Origin: Bacteroidales bacterium
GTDB taxonomy: Bacteria > Bacteroidota > Bacteroidia > Bacteroidales > UBA932
NCBI GenBank assembly: GCA_017471965.1
Contig: JAFURF010000009.1
Span: forward strand, 7,972 to 71,971
DNA length: 64,000 nucleotides
Reading direction: 5' to 3'
Shown in pieces: positions 15,698 to 26,609 of the stretch; position 1 is the stretch's first letter, and each line of letters begins with the position of its first letter. Below the pieces are notes generated by a model. That model was given only the letters and a program-made list of their open reading frames with translations. It was not told where the DNA came from and made no database searches. Made by a program: the position numbers and the translations under genes.

Positions 15698-16721
15698 AGA
15701 AGAAGCGTAAGATTGATGATGTCATTCTATAGACGGATCTGGTAAACGAGACATTGCCTATCCTGTATAGGAAGACATTAAGGATCTGCCCCGGTATCCT
15801 ACGTTCCAGCAATCGCATCATGGAATCCTTATCCATGATGTCATACAGGATTCGCAGATTAGACTCTGTAAGGAGGATGGTCGGTTTCTTGATGAAATGC
15901 CTGAGGACACGCATGAGGTCGCAGCAGATGATATCGTTATGGAAGACACGTCTCAAGGACTGGTTGTCCGGGAATCGTCCGGTCAGGTCCACGAATGATG
16001 CCGCACACAATGGAAGGACATCAAGCAGTTGGGCAGCCCTTCTTTCTGTTGTCTTACCACCGCTCAGCGAGCCTTCGTGTCTGTAATAATCATAGACAGG
16101 AACAGATACGGAATAGGCCGATGATGCATGTTTCAGGAAATCATACAGGAACAGTTTATCCTCGGCATATGACAGTTTTGCATTGAACCTCAAAGAATAT
16201 CTTTTGATGATGGACCTGCGATAAAGTTTCGCCCATGGTCCTCTGAACAGTTCTCCCTCTCTTGACATGGTATCATTCCAGAACATGTCCATCGAATCCT
16301 GACCATAGAACCCGTCTGTCCTCGGACAGATATCAGCATAGAAAAGTCCCCCATTATATATATTGAACCCGCCCGTGACAAAGTCAGGATCAGACTCCGT
16401 CCCCTCAGACATAGCGTCAAGTGCACCGGGAGAGAGAGCATCGTCAGAGTCTGCAAACATGATGTATCTGCCATCGGCAACATTAAGGCCGGCGTTTCTT
16501 GCTTCACTGACTCCCATATTCTTCTGGTGTATGGTCCTGAAACGCGGATCCATCGAAGAATACTTCTCGCATATCATCGGGGAAGAATCCGTACTTCCGT
16601 CATTCACAAGAATGACTTCACATGAAGAATAATTCTGAATCAGGATACTGTTCAGGCATCTGTCCAGCCATTCTTCCGCATTATATACAGGAATGATTAT
16701 GCTAATCTGTACCTTATCCAT
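15690..16721 (-). CDS. Glycosyltransferase family 2
   Basis: ISIIIPVYN, VNDGSTD, GVSEARNAG, FADSDD. Confidence 0.92.
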   Translation of the reverse strand: MDKVQISIIIPVYNAEEWLDRCLNSILIQNYSSCEVILVNDGSTDSSPMICEKYSSMDPRFRTIHQKNMGVSEARNAGLNVADGRYIMFADSDDALSPGALDAMSEGTESDPDFVTGGFNIYNGGLFYADICPRTDGFYGQDSMDMFWNDTMSREGELFRGPWAKLYRRSIIKRYSLRFNAKLSYAEDKLFLYDFLKHASSAYSVSVPVYDYYRHEGSLSGGKTTERRAAQLLDVLPLCAASFVDLTGRFPDNQSLRRVFHNDIICCDLMRVLRHFIKKPTILLTESNLRILYDIMDKDSMMRLLERRIPGQILNVFLYRIGNVSFTRSVYRMTSSILRFFYD

Positions 16722-16728
16722 ATTTTTC

Positions 16729-17862
16729 CTATTTCAGTGATTTCTTAAGAAAGTCGAGAGATGAGTTTCTCATTCCTTCAAGAACACCATCCACCGCCTC
16801 CCAATCGATTCCGGAAAGATAATATTCCCCGTCATCATCAGGATCGAGCCCTTGTACAAGACGGTCTTCCAGTCCGAAAGTCTCCAGAAGCGAAGTGATT
16901 CTGGAGAGCCCACGTGCCACATTGCCAAGGACAATGAACGGCTTGTGGAACAAAATCGACATCACGCAGCCGTGAAATGAATCAGTCACCACGAATTCCG
17001 CATCCTCAAAGCATGCCACCCACTCTTCCAGAGGAGGCACGACACGTCTCTTCAACGGTATCGACAGGTCTCTCGGAGCCACGGATGCATCATGCATGCC
17101 CGCAGGGAACCAGGATGCCACGCGGTCCGCCACAACTGTCTTCTCCGGCTTCGGGTCCATTATATACTTGAGAGCCTTACCTTTCGCAGGACGTCTTGTT
17201 GCTCCTGATGCAATGTCATGATAATCATCATCAGTCAGAAGCATGACAGGATCAAGGACAAACTTCGCATCGTCACAATCAAACCACTCATCACATACAG
17301 TCACGGCACTGCTCTCGCGAACGGACACAGCGTCGAACTTCTTAAGCAGACGCGAACATTCTTCCAACTGCTCATACGAATATTCCAACTGCTCCGTACC
17401 GAACGATGCTGCATATGCGATCCTTCTAACATTCCATTTCGAAGTGAACGCAAGGAATGCATCCTCGATCCTTCCGAAATACTTCGGACGCCAGACCTGG
17501 TCGCTCCCGACGACAAAAGCATCGTACTCACCCGCCTTGATGTCATCATAACGGTCCACAGGCCTTGGAGTTATGCGGGAATCAATGAACCTGGAAACTT
17601 CTGAGGCTACGAAAGGGTGTTCCCTGACCAGTCTCCTTTCCCTGAAGATTTCCGGTCCCTTACCTCCTGAAACGATGTTCAGGGCCAGCCTTTTCGCATA
17701 TATAAGAGGCATCTTCCACTTAGGCGGGAAGACTATCTTCATATTCCTGTCGATTACATCGGCTTCATGGCCAAGGTCCATGATTGCCTTCCTCAGGGCA
17801 TATGCCTGAAGTATTCCCCCATAATTCGTATGGAGAGGCAATGTTATGATAGCGATCCTCAT
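16729..17862 (-). CDS. Polysaccharide pyruvyl transferase family protein
   Basis: NYGGILQAYAL, VGSDQVW, YAASFG, SVRE, TDSFHG. Confidence 0.9.
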   Translation of the reverse strand: MRIAIITLPLHTNYGGILQAYALRKAIMDLGHEADVIDRNMKIVFPPKWKMPLIYAKRLALNIVSGGKGPEIFRERRLVREHPFVASEVSRFIDSRITPRPVDRYDDIKAGEYDAFVVGSDQVWRPKYFGRIEDAFLAFTSKWNVRRIAYAASFGTEQLEYSYEQLEECSRLLKKFDAVSVRESSAVTVCDEWFDCDDAKFVLDPVMLLTDDDYHDIASGATRRPAKGKALKYIMDPKPEKTVVADRVASWFPAGMHDASVAPRDLSIPLKRRVVPPLEEWVACFEDAEFVVTDSFHGCVMSILFHKPFIVLGNVARGLSRITSLLETFGLEDRLVQGLDPDDDGEYYLSGIDWEAVDGVLEGMRNSSLDFLKKSLK

Positions 17863-19031
17863 CTTAAAAGTTTCTTCTTTATCACTGCCAGAAAGGTATG
17901 TACCTTTTCATAAACAGTCCTGAACAGAGTCTTACGGACCACGAAAGAACTCATATATCCGATCAGATCTTCTGCCGAATGTACACCTTTGAAAAACTCC
18001 TCCCTTTTTTCAGGCATGGTCAGAGCAGCATCAAAACCTGCATTTCGTTTTCTTCCAGTTCCAAAATCTGCCGGGACAGTCTTGAGGCCATCCCTTACAA
18101 GAGCATCAAACATCCGGAGTCCTGCATCAGTGTTCACCAGCACCAGAGATGCACCACGGTCATCATCAAACTCAGGCGCGACTTCAGACACATTCCACAG
18201 ATCAGCGAGAGTGAGGTCACTTCCGCTTCTTCCGTTTCTGGCAGGACACGAATAGCACGAAGGACGCAATGTCATATCCTGCAGGAAAAGCGCCATATAC
18301 GGATCATCCATCTTATGTACACGATGACTTTTCACCACACCATCAGACAGCACATCATACTTCACACTATACTGTCTCCAACTTTCGGACTTATCTCGGA
18401 AAGAAACCCTGCACAACCTGCCGCCTGAGCGTTTTTCATATGCAGCAACATATTTCTCCCAAAGTCCGGGACTCGGAGCACCGTGGCACGCAACATCAAC
18501 CGCGAGAAGATTGCCTTTCCTTCCTCCAAGATAGTTGTCAAGTCCCGCTATCTGACACGGAGTACCGGCAAACAGGACGCGCTTCCCATCCTCCAGCAGA
18601 TCTCTCACCTCTTCAAAAACGGCATAGAGGTCACTCTGCACATATTTTGAACCTTTCAATCTCTCAAGTCCGGCAGAATCCGTCACATCTGCATGCCCGA
18701 CAGTCATGTCTGCCATGAATGCCGCGCCATACACTACTCCGCCTTCCTGAAGGTATTTTCCTGCAAGCATCGGGAACAATCCTCCGGATGAACATCCTTC
18801 CATATCTGCCTCCGATCTTGCAGCAAAGACTGCGAGAGGGTCCGATTCAGATTGCGGATTAAGGACAGGACATACCGTTTCACATTTTCCGCAACTTATG
18901 CAGATGTCAGGATTGGCAACAGGATAGTCGAACCCCTCCCTGTCACGACGCATGACAATGCACTGCACAGGGCAGGCATTGACGCAGGCAGTACAACCGC
19001 AGCATAGAGATTTATCCGTTATCCTTATCAT
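17859..19031 (-). CDS. Coenzyme F420 hydrogenase beta-subunit-like Fe-S protein
   Basis: CCGCTAC..CP and CISCGKC..CP ferredoxin motifs, SSGG, GSKYVQS, GTPCQ, CHG, RPSCYSC. Confidence 0.88.
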   Translation of the reverse strand: MIRITDKSLCCGCTACVNACPVQCIVMRRDREGFDYPVANPDICISCGKCETVCPVLNPQSESDPLAVFAARSEADMEGCSSGGLFPMLAGKYLQEGGVVYGAAFMADMTVGHADVTDSAGLERLKGSKYVQSDLYAVFEEVRDLLEDGKRVLFAGTPCQIAGLDNYLGGRKGNLLAVDVACHGAPSPGLWEKYVAAYEKRSGGRLCRVSFRDKSESWRQYSVKYDVLSDGVVKSHRVHKMDDPYMALFLQDMTLRPSCYSCPARNGRSGSDLTLADLWNVSEVAPEFDDDRGASLVLVNTDAGLRMFDALVRDGLKTVPADFGTGRKRNAGFDAALTMPEKREEFFKGVHSAEDLIGYMSSFVVRKTLFRTVYEKVHTFLAVIKKKLLR

Positions 19032-20559
19032 TCCTTCTGATTCTATTCCTTACCGTTTCCCGGAGCCATAGTCTCTCGTCTGCTCTCAATCCAAGCATCC
19101 ATATCACAAACCCGGACCATAACACACAAAGTCCGGCACTGAGGAGGAAACCGGCAAAACCGGCAGGCTTCACCACATCTGTCAGTATAGGAAGCACCAA
19201 AGAACCGCAAAGGACCTTGAACAAGGCGGTTCCCCAGACTTCATCCAGAAACTTCCAGACAGGAAATCCCGTCGCCCTTCCGAGCATTGTGAGTCTTGCA
19301 AAAAGACATATCTGTGAAATCACTATTGCAACGACTACGGTCACTTCCGGTGCAGCGCCAAGTTTGAGGCACAGATATGACACAGGGACATTCATGAGTT
19401 GGATTCCTCCTACCACAATCTGATAGTTCCTGATGTTTCCGGTAGCGAGCATTGCAGTTATCATAGGATTGGAGAGAGATTCACTCAATGCAAAGACAAG
19501 GAACAGACGAACAAAAGATGCAGCATGTTCCGGCACATCCTTCAGCCACACTCCCAGCAGAAAGTCCGCATTGAAGAATATCGGAAGTGCAATCAGAAGA
19601 AGCAGACAGAAGGAAAGTCTTGACGATTTCCGCACAAGGGTATACATATACTCATGCTCGGACGAAGCATATGATTTCGTGATCTGAGGATTGACGGCCG
19701 TCATGAAATTGGTGACGAATCCCTGCACGGCACCGTTGAGCTGGACCGCGACCCCGCGGGCCGCATTCACTGCTGGATCAGAGAAAAGATTGACAAGGAT
19801 ATTGCCTCCCTGGTCACGCAGAACTCCTGACGCCACACCGATGAAGTTCCATCCGGCAAAGGAGAACATCTCCCTGATCAGACTTCCGTCCATGACAGGA
19901 CTGTACCTGCACTCTTCAAAATGCCTTCTGCAGTAAATTCCATACGCTGCGCGCACCGCAATCACAACGCCCGCCATCAATGCAGAATAAAGCACCAGAC
20001 GGTCACCTGAAGAATACATGATGACAAACGCCGTCCCGAAACGCAGAATTCCGTCCAATATGCCGATATATGCATATGCGGACATCTTTTCATGTGCAGT
20101 GATGGACGCCATCTGCGGAACACTCATAAGGTTGACCACAAACGCAAGCAGTGAAAACTGCAGCACCCACTTTGCCGCAGTAATCCGTTCCGGTGCAATG
20201 GTCATCTTGTTCTCTATGAACCAAAGACCTGCAGGTTCCGCCAAGACAATTACTATCACGGCAAGAATGAACTGTATGGTCACTGCAGTCGAATAGACCT
20301 TGTTCAGTTGAGCGTCGGCGCCTTTGCCCATCTCAAAGGTAATGAATCTGGAAACCGCAGAGTTGAGGGCTCCGGAAATGATCGTGAACATAGCCACAAC
20401 GCCACCGACGACATTGTATACTCCGAAGTCGTTTTCACCCAATGCGGACAAGACAATTCTTGATGTGAAAAGTCCGAGGAACATCATGAAAAGCATCCTG
20501 ACATAAAGCATCAGGGTGTTCCTGGCAATTCTGCCCGTCTTATGCATGTTTGTCTCCAT
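19012..20559 (-). CDS. Polysaccharide flippase (Wzx/MATE-like)
   Basis: RIARNTLMLYVRM, DFGVYNVVGGVV, AHEKM, PQITKSYA; many TM segments. Confidence 0.85.
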   Translation of the reverse strand: METNMHKTGRIARNTLMLYVRMLFMMFLGLFTSRIVLSALGENDFGVYNVVGGVVAMFTIISGALNSAVSRFITFEMGKGADAQLNKVYSTAVTIQFILAVIVIVLAEPAGLWFIENKMTIAPERITAAKWVLQFSLLAFVVNLMSVPQMASITAHEKMSAYAYIGILDGILRFGTAFVIMYSSGDRLVLYSALMAGVVIAVRAAYGIYCRRHFEECRYSPVMDGSLIREMFSFAGWNFIGVASGVLRDQGGNILVNLFSDPAVNAARGVAVQLNGAVQGFVTNFMTAVNPQITKSYASSEHEYMYTLVRKSSRLSFCLLLLIALPIFFNADFLLGVWLKDVPEHAASFVRLFLVFALSESLSNPMITAMLATGNIRNYQIVVGGIQLMNVPVSYLCLKLGAAPEVTVVVAIVISQICLFARLTMLGRATGFPVWKFLDEVWGTALFKVLCGSLVLPILTDVVKPAGFAGFLLSAGLCVLWSGFVIWMLGLRADERLWLRETVRNRIRRNDKDNG

Positions 20560-20712
20560 CGGATAGGTTCAATCAAAAAACAAAATTAACAATATTTTTA
20601 GATTTCTCCACTTCGGTCAAGGGCATACGGGTGAAATGACACTTATTTTTGGCTATATCAGAAATAATTGCTAAATTAGTCGCAGATATGAATCACTAAA
20701 CACTAAACGGAT

Positions 20713-21012
20713 ATGGTTAGATATTGTGTAATGTGGAAGTTCAAGCCATCAGATGGCAAGACTCCAAAGGAACTCGCGGAAGATGTCAAGGAAAAATATG
20801 AGTCACTCCTGGGACTCGTGCCTGGCCTGCAAAGCATCGAAATAGGAATCAACCGCAATGACGGTAAGTCATCTTACGATGCAGTCATGGTTGCAGACTT
20901 CGAAAGTTGGGAAGCACTCGCGGCCTACAAGGCAGACACCATGAGGGACAACGTGATAGAATACGTAAAGACCATCGCGGAAGTACGCGCAAAGGTTGAA
21001 TACGAAAGATAG
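20713..21012 (+). CDS. Dabb family stress-responsive alpha/beta barrel protein
   Basis: MVRYCVMWKFK, SYD...FESWEALAAY; 99 aa. Confidence 0.75.
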   Translation: MVRYCVMWKFKPSDGKTPKELAEDVKEKYESLLGLVPGLQSIEIGINRNDGKSSYDAVMVADFESWEALAAYKADTMRDNVIEYVKTIAEVRAKVEYER

Positions 21013-21024
21013 GATCTATCCATC

Positions 21025-21070
21025 AAATGAATACAGCCTCTGAACTTCGGTTCAGAGGCTGTATTCATTT
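21025..21070. terminator. Bidirectional terminator: perfect 21-bp stem, C-UUCG-G loop
   Basis: AAATGAATACAGCCTCTGAAC-TTCG-GTTCAGAGGCTGTATTCATTT between convergent genes. Confidence 0.85.
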
Positions 21071-21346
21071 ATTTCTGCTGTCGATCCATATCCATAGACG
21101 CCACATCAGCCATCCCCAGGCGATGAAAAGGCACACATGCACCCATACGGGAGTCTTGGCCTGATATGCATCTTCAGGCAGGACCTTGTCGAAATCAGGG
21201 ATATCCACATAATAATAAGCGCCACCTCCGAAATCATATCCTTCCACCAGACCCAACCTGTTTACCATCACATAAACAGCACATAAGACTACAGTCACCG
21301 CCATTATGACGGTGACTATCTTGAATATGAGATTCTTATTTGACAT
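21065..21346 (-). CDS. Hypothetical membrane protein (2 TM)
   Basis: 93 aa, two hydrophobic segments, overlaps the upstream transporter gene. Confidence 0.7.
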   Translation of the reverse strand: MSNKNLIFKIVTVIMAVTVVLCAVYVMVNRLGLVEGYDFGGGAYYYVDIPDFDKVLPEDAYQAKTPVWVHVCLFIAWGWLMWRLWIWIDSRNK

Positions 21347-22778
21347 CTTCTACCGGATGAGCAGCAGGCTGGGCAACCACAAGTTCCTGCTTAGCCTTGA
21401 TCTTATCCTCCTTATGTGTGAAAGTCTTGATGTCCGGTTGAGGGAATATCTTACCGGAAAGAAGAATCCATACGACAGCGAATGTCAGTATGATATTGAA
21501 AGTCTGTCCTATGATATACAGCCAAAGCACCTTTCCCCCCTGCATGCTCTTGATAATCTTCTTGAAATTAGTGTCAAGACCTATAGATGTGAAGGCCAGC
21601 ACAAATGCCCAATCCTTGAAACCGCCAAGCACCTTGTTGATGGCACCTGTCTTCTCTGCACCGACTGCCGGCACGAAAATCACGGAAGCAACTATTGAAG
21701 CGGCAATGAATCCAAGTATGAATTTAGGGAAACGATTCCATATCTCGACAGCCTTCACTTCAGAGTTGCCGGTCTTGTCGACCTTTCTCGCAAAGAATAT
21801 AGCGACAAAGAATGCGATGAAGCCGATGAGGATATTCTGAATCATCTTGACAAGCGAAGCCACCTGTTCGGCTTCAGGTCCGAGTGCACTTCCTGCCAGT
21901 ACGACGGCACCGGTAGAATCCACAGTACCACCGATGAGGGCACCACCCATGATCTGCCCCATTCCTGTCCATTCTATTATCATCGGTTCAAAGACCATCA
22001 TGATGATGGTAAAGATGATGGAGATGGAAATCGCCACAGAAAGATCTTCCTTCTTTGCACCCGAAGCGGCTCCGGTAGCAATCGCTGCAGAGGTTCCGCA
22101 CACGGATGTTGCGGCTGATAGAGTGATGAGCAGAGGCTTGTTCTTTATCTTCAGGATCCTGTTGCCAAACCACCACATGAATATGATGACCACAGGAGTG
22201 ACACCCCATGCGATGCCGAGTCCGTAAAGACCAAACTTCGCAATGTTGGAGAACAATATCGAAAATCCGAATATTACAAGGCCCGTCTTGATATAGAACT
22301 CAGTACGGATTGCTGGCTTGAGCCATTTAGGCACTCCTACTGTGTTGGCAATAAGCAGACCGATCAGAAGAGCCCAGAAAGCCCATTCAAGATATCTTTT
22401 AAGGGTAAACTCGGCACTGACCATCCTCACTACGACTGCAATGACGAACAAAATCAGAAAGGCCGGTATGAAATTGCGCAGTTTCTCTCCCTGAAGTTTG
22501 ACACCGGCACCGAACAGGACACCGAGAATCAGGACAGTCTTTATACACTTCCACCAGAAGTCCCATGAGGACAACTGTTCTCCCAGAGGTACTGTCTTCG
22601 CTGCATCTGCAGACGAAAGGGCCTCACCGATAGTCCATGTGCTGAACTTCAATGTAGAGAAGTCAAACCATCCAGTAAGCACAGCAATACACCCTAAGGC
22701 AATCACAATTGCACCTATCCACACTGAGAGCCAGTCTTCAGTATGAAGCAGATTGGAAATTCTTCTTTTATCATTCAT
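21336..22778 (-). CDS. YeiH / putative sulfate exporter family transporter
   Basis: EDWLSVW, EFYIKTGLV, SVCGTSAAIA, GGTVDSTGAV, RFPKFILGF. Confidence 0.85.
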   Translation of the reverse strand: MNDKRRISNLLHTEDWLSVWIGAIVIALGCIAVLTGWFDFSTLKFSTWTIGEALSSADAAKTVPLGEQLSSWDFWWKCIKTVLILGVLFGAGVKLQGEKLRNFIPAFLILFVIAVVVRMVSAEFTLKRYLEWAFWALLIGLLIANTVGVPKWLKPAIRTEFYIKTGLVIFGFSILFSNIAKFGLYGLGIAWGVTPVVIIFMWWFGNRILKIKNKPLLITLSAATSVCGTSAAIATGAASGAKKEDLSVAISISIIFTIIMMVFEPMIIEWTGMGQIMGGALIGGTVDSTGAVVLAGSALGPEAEQVASLVKMIQNILIGFIAFFVAIFFARKVDKTGNSEVKAVEIWNRFPKFILGFIAASIVASVIFVPAVGAEKTGAINKVLGGFKDWAFVLAFTSIGLDTNFKKIIKSMQGGKVLWLYIIGQTFNIILTFAVVWILLSGKIFPQPDIKTFTHKEDKIKAKQELVVAQPAAHPVEDVK

Positions 22779-22874
22779 ATGATTCAGGTTTTAGTATCTA
22801 TTTAATAGGTTATTAAATAATATGCAAAATAAACGATGTTTTCCTAAAAAAGCAAGAAAAACACCGTTTATCGG

Positions 22875-23990
22875 CTACTTGCGGAACTTGGCTGTATGCT
22901 CAGCAATAAGTTCAGCGTCATCAAAATAGTCTATTCTCATGGCCTTACGAACATCGGCCAAGGTCTTTGCTGCCTCTGCACGGGCCACTTCTGAACCCTT
23001 ACGGAGAATTTCATACACCTGAGGTATATTCTGCTCATAATGAGCGCGTCTCTCACGGATAGGCTGAAGAATATCCTCCATGATGTTGAAGAGGAACTTC
23101 TTGCATGTGCCGTCTCCAAGACCTCCACGACGGTAATGATCCTTCATTGCATCCAGATTCTCATATTCAGGAAGGAATTTGGCAAAATGTTCAGGAGTGC
23201 AGAATGCGTCAAGGTATGTAAACACGACATTCCCCTCAACATGACCCGGATCGGTGATCTGGAGATGCTCGGGATCAGTATACATGCTGTTGACCTTCTT
23301 CTTGATCTCCTTCGATGTATCTGAAAGATATATGCAGTTGCCTAAAGACTTGCTCATCTTGGCCTTTCCGTCTGTACCTGGAAGGCGGCAGCACACGGAA
23401 TTCTCAGGCAGCATCATTTCAGGAGTGACAAGAGTCTCACCATAGACTGCATTGAACTTATGAACGATCTCGCGGGTCTGCTCTATCATCGGGGCCTGGT
23501 CCACGCCGACAGGAACGGTAGTAGCGCGGAAGGCAGTGATATCGGAGGCCTGACTGATAGGGTATGTGAAGAATCCTACAGGAATACCTTTCCTGTTCTG
23601 ATTCTCATCCTCGTCATTGTCAGAGAATCCTCTGAGTATGATTTCCTGCTTCACGGTAGGATTACGCTGAAGACGCTGTACTGTGACCAGATTCATATAA
23701 TAAAAGGCCAGTTCACAGAGTTCAGGAACCTGAGACTGGATGAATATAGTCACTTTTTCAGGATCAAGACCTGCCGAAAGATAGTCCAGGGCGACCTCTA
23801 TTATGTTCTGACGTATCTTATCGGGATTGTCAGCATTATCAGTCAAAGCCTGAGCATCAGCAATCATGATGAATATCTTTTCATATTCTCCAGAATTCTG
23901 AAGTTCCACTCTTCGTCTGAGTGAACCGACATAATGTCCCAAATGAAGTTTACCGGTAGGACGGTCACCCGTCAATATCACTTTACCCAT
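22875..23990 (-). CDS. trpS: Tryptophan--tRNA ligase
   Basis: [26 protein letters not shown]. Confidence 0.97.
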   Translation of the reverse strand: MGKVILTGDRPTGKLHLGHYVGSLRRRVELQNSGEYEKIFIMIADAQALTDNADNPDKIRQNIIEVALDYLSAGLDPEKVTIFIQSQVPELCELAFYYMNLVTVQRLQRNPTVKQEIILRGFSDNDEDENQNRKGIPVGFFTYPISQASDITAFRATTVPVGVDQAPMIEQTREIVHKFNAVYGETLVTPEMMLPENSVCCRLPGTDGKAKMSKSLGNCIYLSDTSKEIKKKVNSMYTDPEHLQITDPGHVEGNVVFTYLDAFCTPEHFAKFLPEYENLDAMKDHYRRGGLGDGTCKKFLFNIMEDILQPIRERRAHYEQNIPQVYEILRKGSEVARAEAAKTLADVRKAMRIDYFDDAELIAEHTAKFRK

Positions 23991-24008
23991 AATTCCTTTT
24001 ATATTAAA

Positions 24009-26519
24009 TTATTCAACAAATACAGCCTCGAATATATCAGCCTCACCGACAACCTCAACTTTTGCTGCATTCCTTTTGATTTCAAACTGGAAATATGCCG
24101 TAGATACCGGATACTCAGCAATATAAGTACCATCCGGCGAAACCTGACGCACATAAATCTCCGATTCTCCAAGATCTTTCATCAGGAGGTGACATTGAGT
24201 TGCATCAGACGGCACATCAAATGACATGACCCCACCTGTAGGAGTAAATGTGAAAGGATTCTCATCTGCAGCGAAGGCATCCGGAGATACCGGATTGACC
24301 TGGAAAGAACGTATGACGGTCCAGCTGGTCTTCTCGGAAGCAAGTTTCCTCATCCTCACATATCTCGCCATCACAGGTTCACCTTTCCATGATATCTCAT
24401 ACTGTCCCTTGACAGGACCTGTAAGCGAGGTCCATTCCTTGCCGTCAGCAGAAGCCTCAACCAGAGCATGGTCAAAGAAGTCATTGTCATCATAGGACTT
24501 CTTTCCCTGAAGAATCTGCACCTCGCGGACCGGACGGACTCCACCCAAGTCAACTCCTATCCAATGGCCTTCCATCTGCGAGTAGCCTGAATTATAGAAG
24601 GTAGCCTCATCGTAATCGAACATCAGTTTGTTCTGGGTAGTATAGAGGGTAGGATAAGATCCCAGTCCCTGAGGATATAGCGGAGCCTTGCCGGCCACCT
24701 TGAGGTAGAAGGCAGCAGCCATGTCATCCATGACATTCTCGTAGAACGGCTGGAGTTTCAATGTACCTGACTTATGTGCATTGTATGAAGCGATATCTTC
24801 CTGAGTCATCAGATTGGATGCATAGAGATTCCAGAATCCTGCAAGATCGCCGTCCTGATACAGTTTCAAGGCTTCAAGCGCCTTCACTCCCCTGGTTCCG
24901 AGTTTGCCGAATTCTGTCAGCCAAGGCTTCAGTTCCTTAAGAAGAAGCGGATTTGCACAACTCTCCATCACGGCAGGTACCTGCTCGATCTTCTTGAATT
25001 CTGCCATCAGGGCATCATATTTCTCTGGTGTGCAGTCCTGAAGAGCAAAGGTCTCCGTCTCCCACGATTCGTCCCTTCTGTAGCCTGTCTCCGTATCACA
25101 TGAATGGATGGCGAAAGTCCTGTATGCGTCCTTTACTTCCGGAGCAAGGTGTTCCAGTCCGCGTTCCCAGTTATCGATAGGATTGTAAGCACCTACATTC
25201 CATGTATAGTCCGCAACTCCATAGAGAGCGAGTTTTGAGGCCTCGCCATGTTCCATAGGATTGCTGACAAGACCGCTCAAGTCTTCAGATGTCATATCAC
25301 CGCTCAGACCATATACAGGTCCCTGCATCAGGATATGGCGCGCATAATCTGTCACAGGATAGTTCCACCAGTAGAAGCCCGGGCGCTGGATCCTGGAGTT
25401 GAACCAGTTCATCGTATCCTTTGTAAGGTCGCTGCAGACGAAATCGCCTGTCCAGAATATCTCCACAGAAGGATCCAGAGTCCTTCCGAAAATGCTCAGA
25501 CTGCCGTTCGGTCCCGGATTGGCCCAAAGTCTTGAATAGTCTGTAGGACAGAATATGAGGTTGGTCACATCCTTTCTCTTCTTGACGAAGTCATTGACCA
25601 GACGGTTGATCAGTTCCGTCTGCCTCACAGGGTTTGTACCTTCACCGGAGATGTCGTCAAAGAAAAGAGCAAATGAACGGACGCCGAGATAGTACATCAT
25701 CTCGAACTTGTTCACAAGATTCCTGTAATCCTCCTCATTCCACTTTATGTCCTTGCCCGGATGAATTGCCCAGATGAAATCTACACGGTTTTTCTTGCAG
25801 GCCTCAACAAGTTCCCTGATGTTTTCAGATTCAGGACCAGGATAAGGAAGCCTCCAGTCCGGAGAACTATGATATGTATCATCCTTAGGGCCATAAAGGT
25901 AGCAGTTCATTTTGTTCCTACCATAAAAGTCTATGAGAGATAGCCTTACTTCATGAGACCAAGGTTCACCATAGAATCCCTCTACAACTCCCCTGTATTT
26001 GAGGTCAGGCCAGTCATTGATCTTCAAATACGGCAGTTTTTCATCTGCGCCTTCGGGGCTTTCAAGTATCTGTCTCAGGGTCTGGAGTCCATAATAGGCA
26101 CCTCTCTCGTCATATCCGTATATAGCCACTCCATCCAGATTTATCTCCAACGTGTAGGCTCCTGACACAGGCTTGACACCATGCTTCTTCACCATCTTCT
26201 TTCCATAATCGATGATGCAGTCGATTCCTGCATAACGGAATTTGATGAATCCGATGTCATCCTTGAACTTTCCCTTCACATCTTCGACCCTCAATCCTCG
26301 TCCTATGTTGAGTACCTTCCCATCTCTTATTTCCATCTGCTGAGGGACAGGGTTCAATACCATTGTACCATGGTCCAACTTCTGACCTGGGACATGATTA
26401 ATCTGCTGAGACTCCGACCTCTGTGCAGACAGATCGAATGCATCATCCTGAGCATGCAGAACGGTCGAACAAAGAATTACTGAAGCCAGAAGGGCAGCCC
26501 TTTTGATTATGGTAGTCAT
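24009..26519 (-). CDS. GH84 beta-N-acetylglucosaminidase (O-GlcNAcase-like) with F5/8-type C domain
   Basis: GVVEGFYGEPW, YGPKDD, FFDDI, WWNYPVTDY, NPMEHGEAS; start moved 3' of the promoter at 26553-26560 (-). Confidence 0.9.
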   Translation of the reverse strand: MTTIIKRAALLASVILCSTVLHAQDDAFDLSAQRSESQQINHVPGQKLDHGTMVLNPVPQQMEIRDGKVLNIGRGLRVEDVKGKFKDDIGFIKFRYAGIDCIIDYGKKMVKKHGVKPVSGAYTLEINLDGVAIYGYDERGAYYGLQTLRQILESPEGADEKLPYLKINDWPDLKYRGVVEGFYGEPWSHEVRLSLIDFYGRNKMNCYLYGPKDDTYHSSPDWRLPYPGPESENIRELVEACKKNRVDFIWAIHPGKDIKWNEEDYRNLVNKFEMMYYLGVRSFALFFDDISGEGTNPVRQTELINRLVNDFVKKRKDVTNLIFCPTDYSRLWANPGPNGSLSIFGRTLDPSVEIFWTGDFVCSDLTKDTMNWFNSRIQRPGFYWWNYPVTDYARHILMQGPVYGLSGDMTSEDLSGLVSNPMEHGEASKLALYGVADYTWNVGAYNPIDNWERGLEHLAPEVKDAYRTFAIHSCDTETGYRRDESWETETFALQDCTPEKYDALMAEFKKIEQVPAVMESCANPLLLKELKPWLTEFGKLGTRGVKALEALKLYQDGDLAGFWNLYASNLMTQEDIASYNAHKSGTLKLQPFYENVMDDMAAAFYLKVAGKAPLYPQGLGSYPTLYTTQNKLMFDYDEATFYNSGYSQMEGHWIGVDLGGVRPVREVQILQGKKSYDDNDFFDHALVEASADGKEWTSLTGPVKGQYEISWKGEPVMARYVRMRKLASEKTSWTVIRSFQVNPVSPDAFAADENPFTFTPTGGVMSFDVPSDATQCHLLMKDLGESEIYVRQVSPDGTYIAEYPVSTAYFQFEIKRNAAKVEVVGEADIFEAVFVE

Positions 26520-26609
26520 GTTATCAATCATAATGGTTAAACACATATCTGACAAAGATAATCAAAATTTGCGTATCTTTGCCATTGTATAACTAAAACC
26601 TTTAGACAG

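Noticed and set aside
21025-21070. Perfect 21-bp hairpin as an ncRNA or MITE
   Set aside because: Its position between convergent stop codons fits a bidirectional terminator
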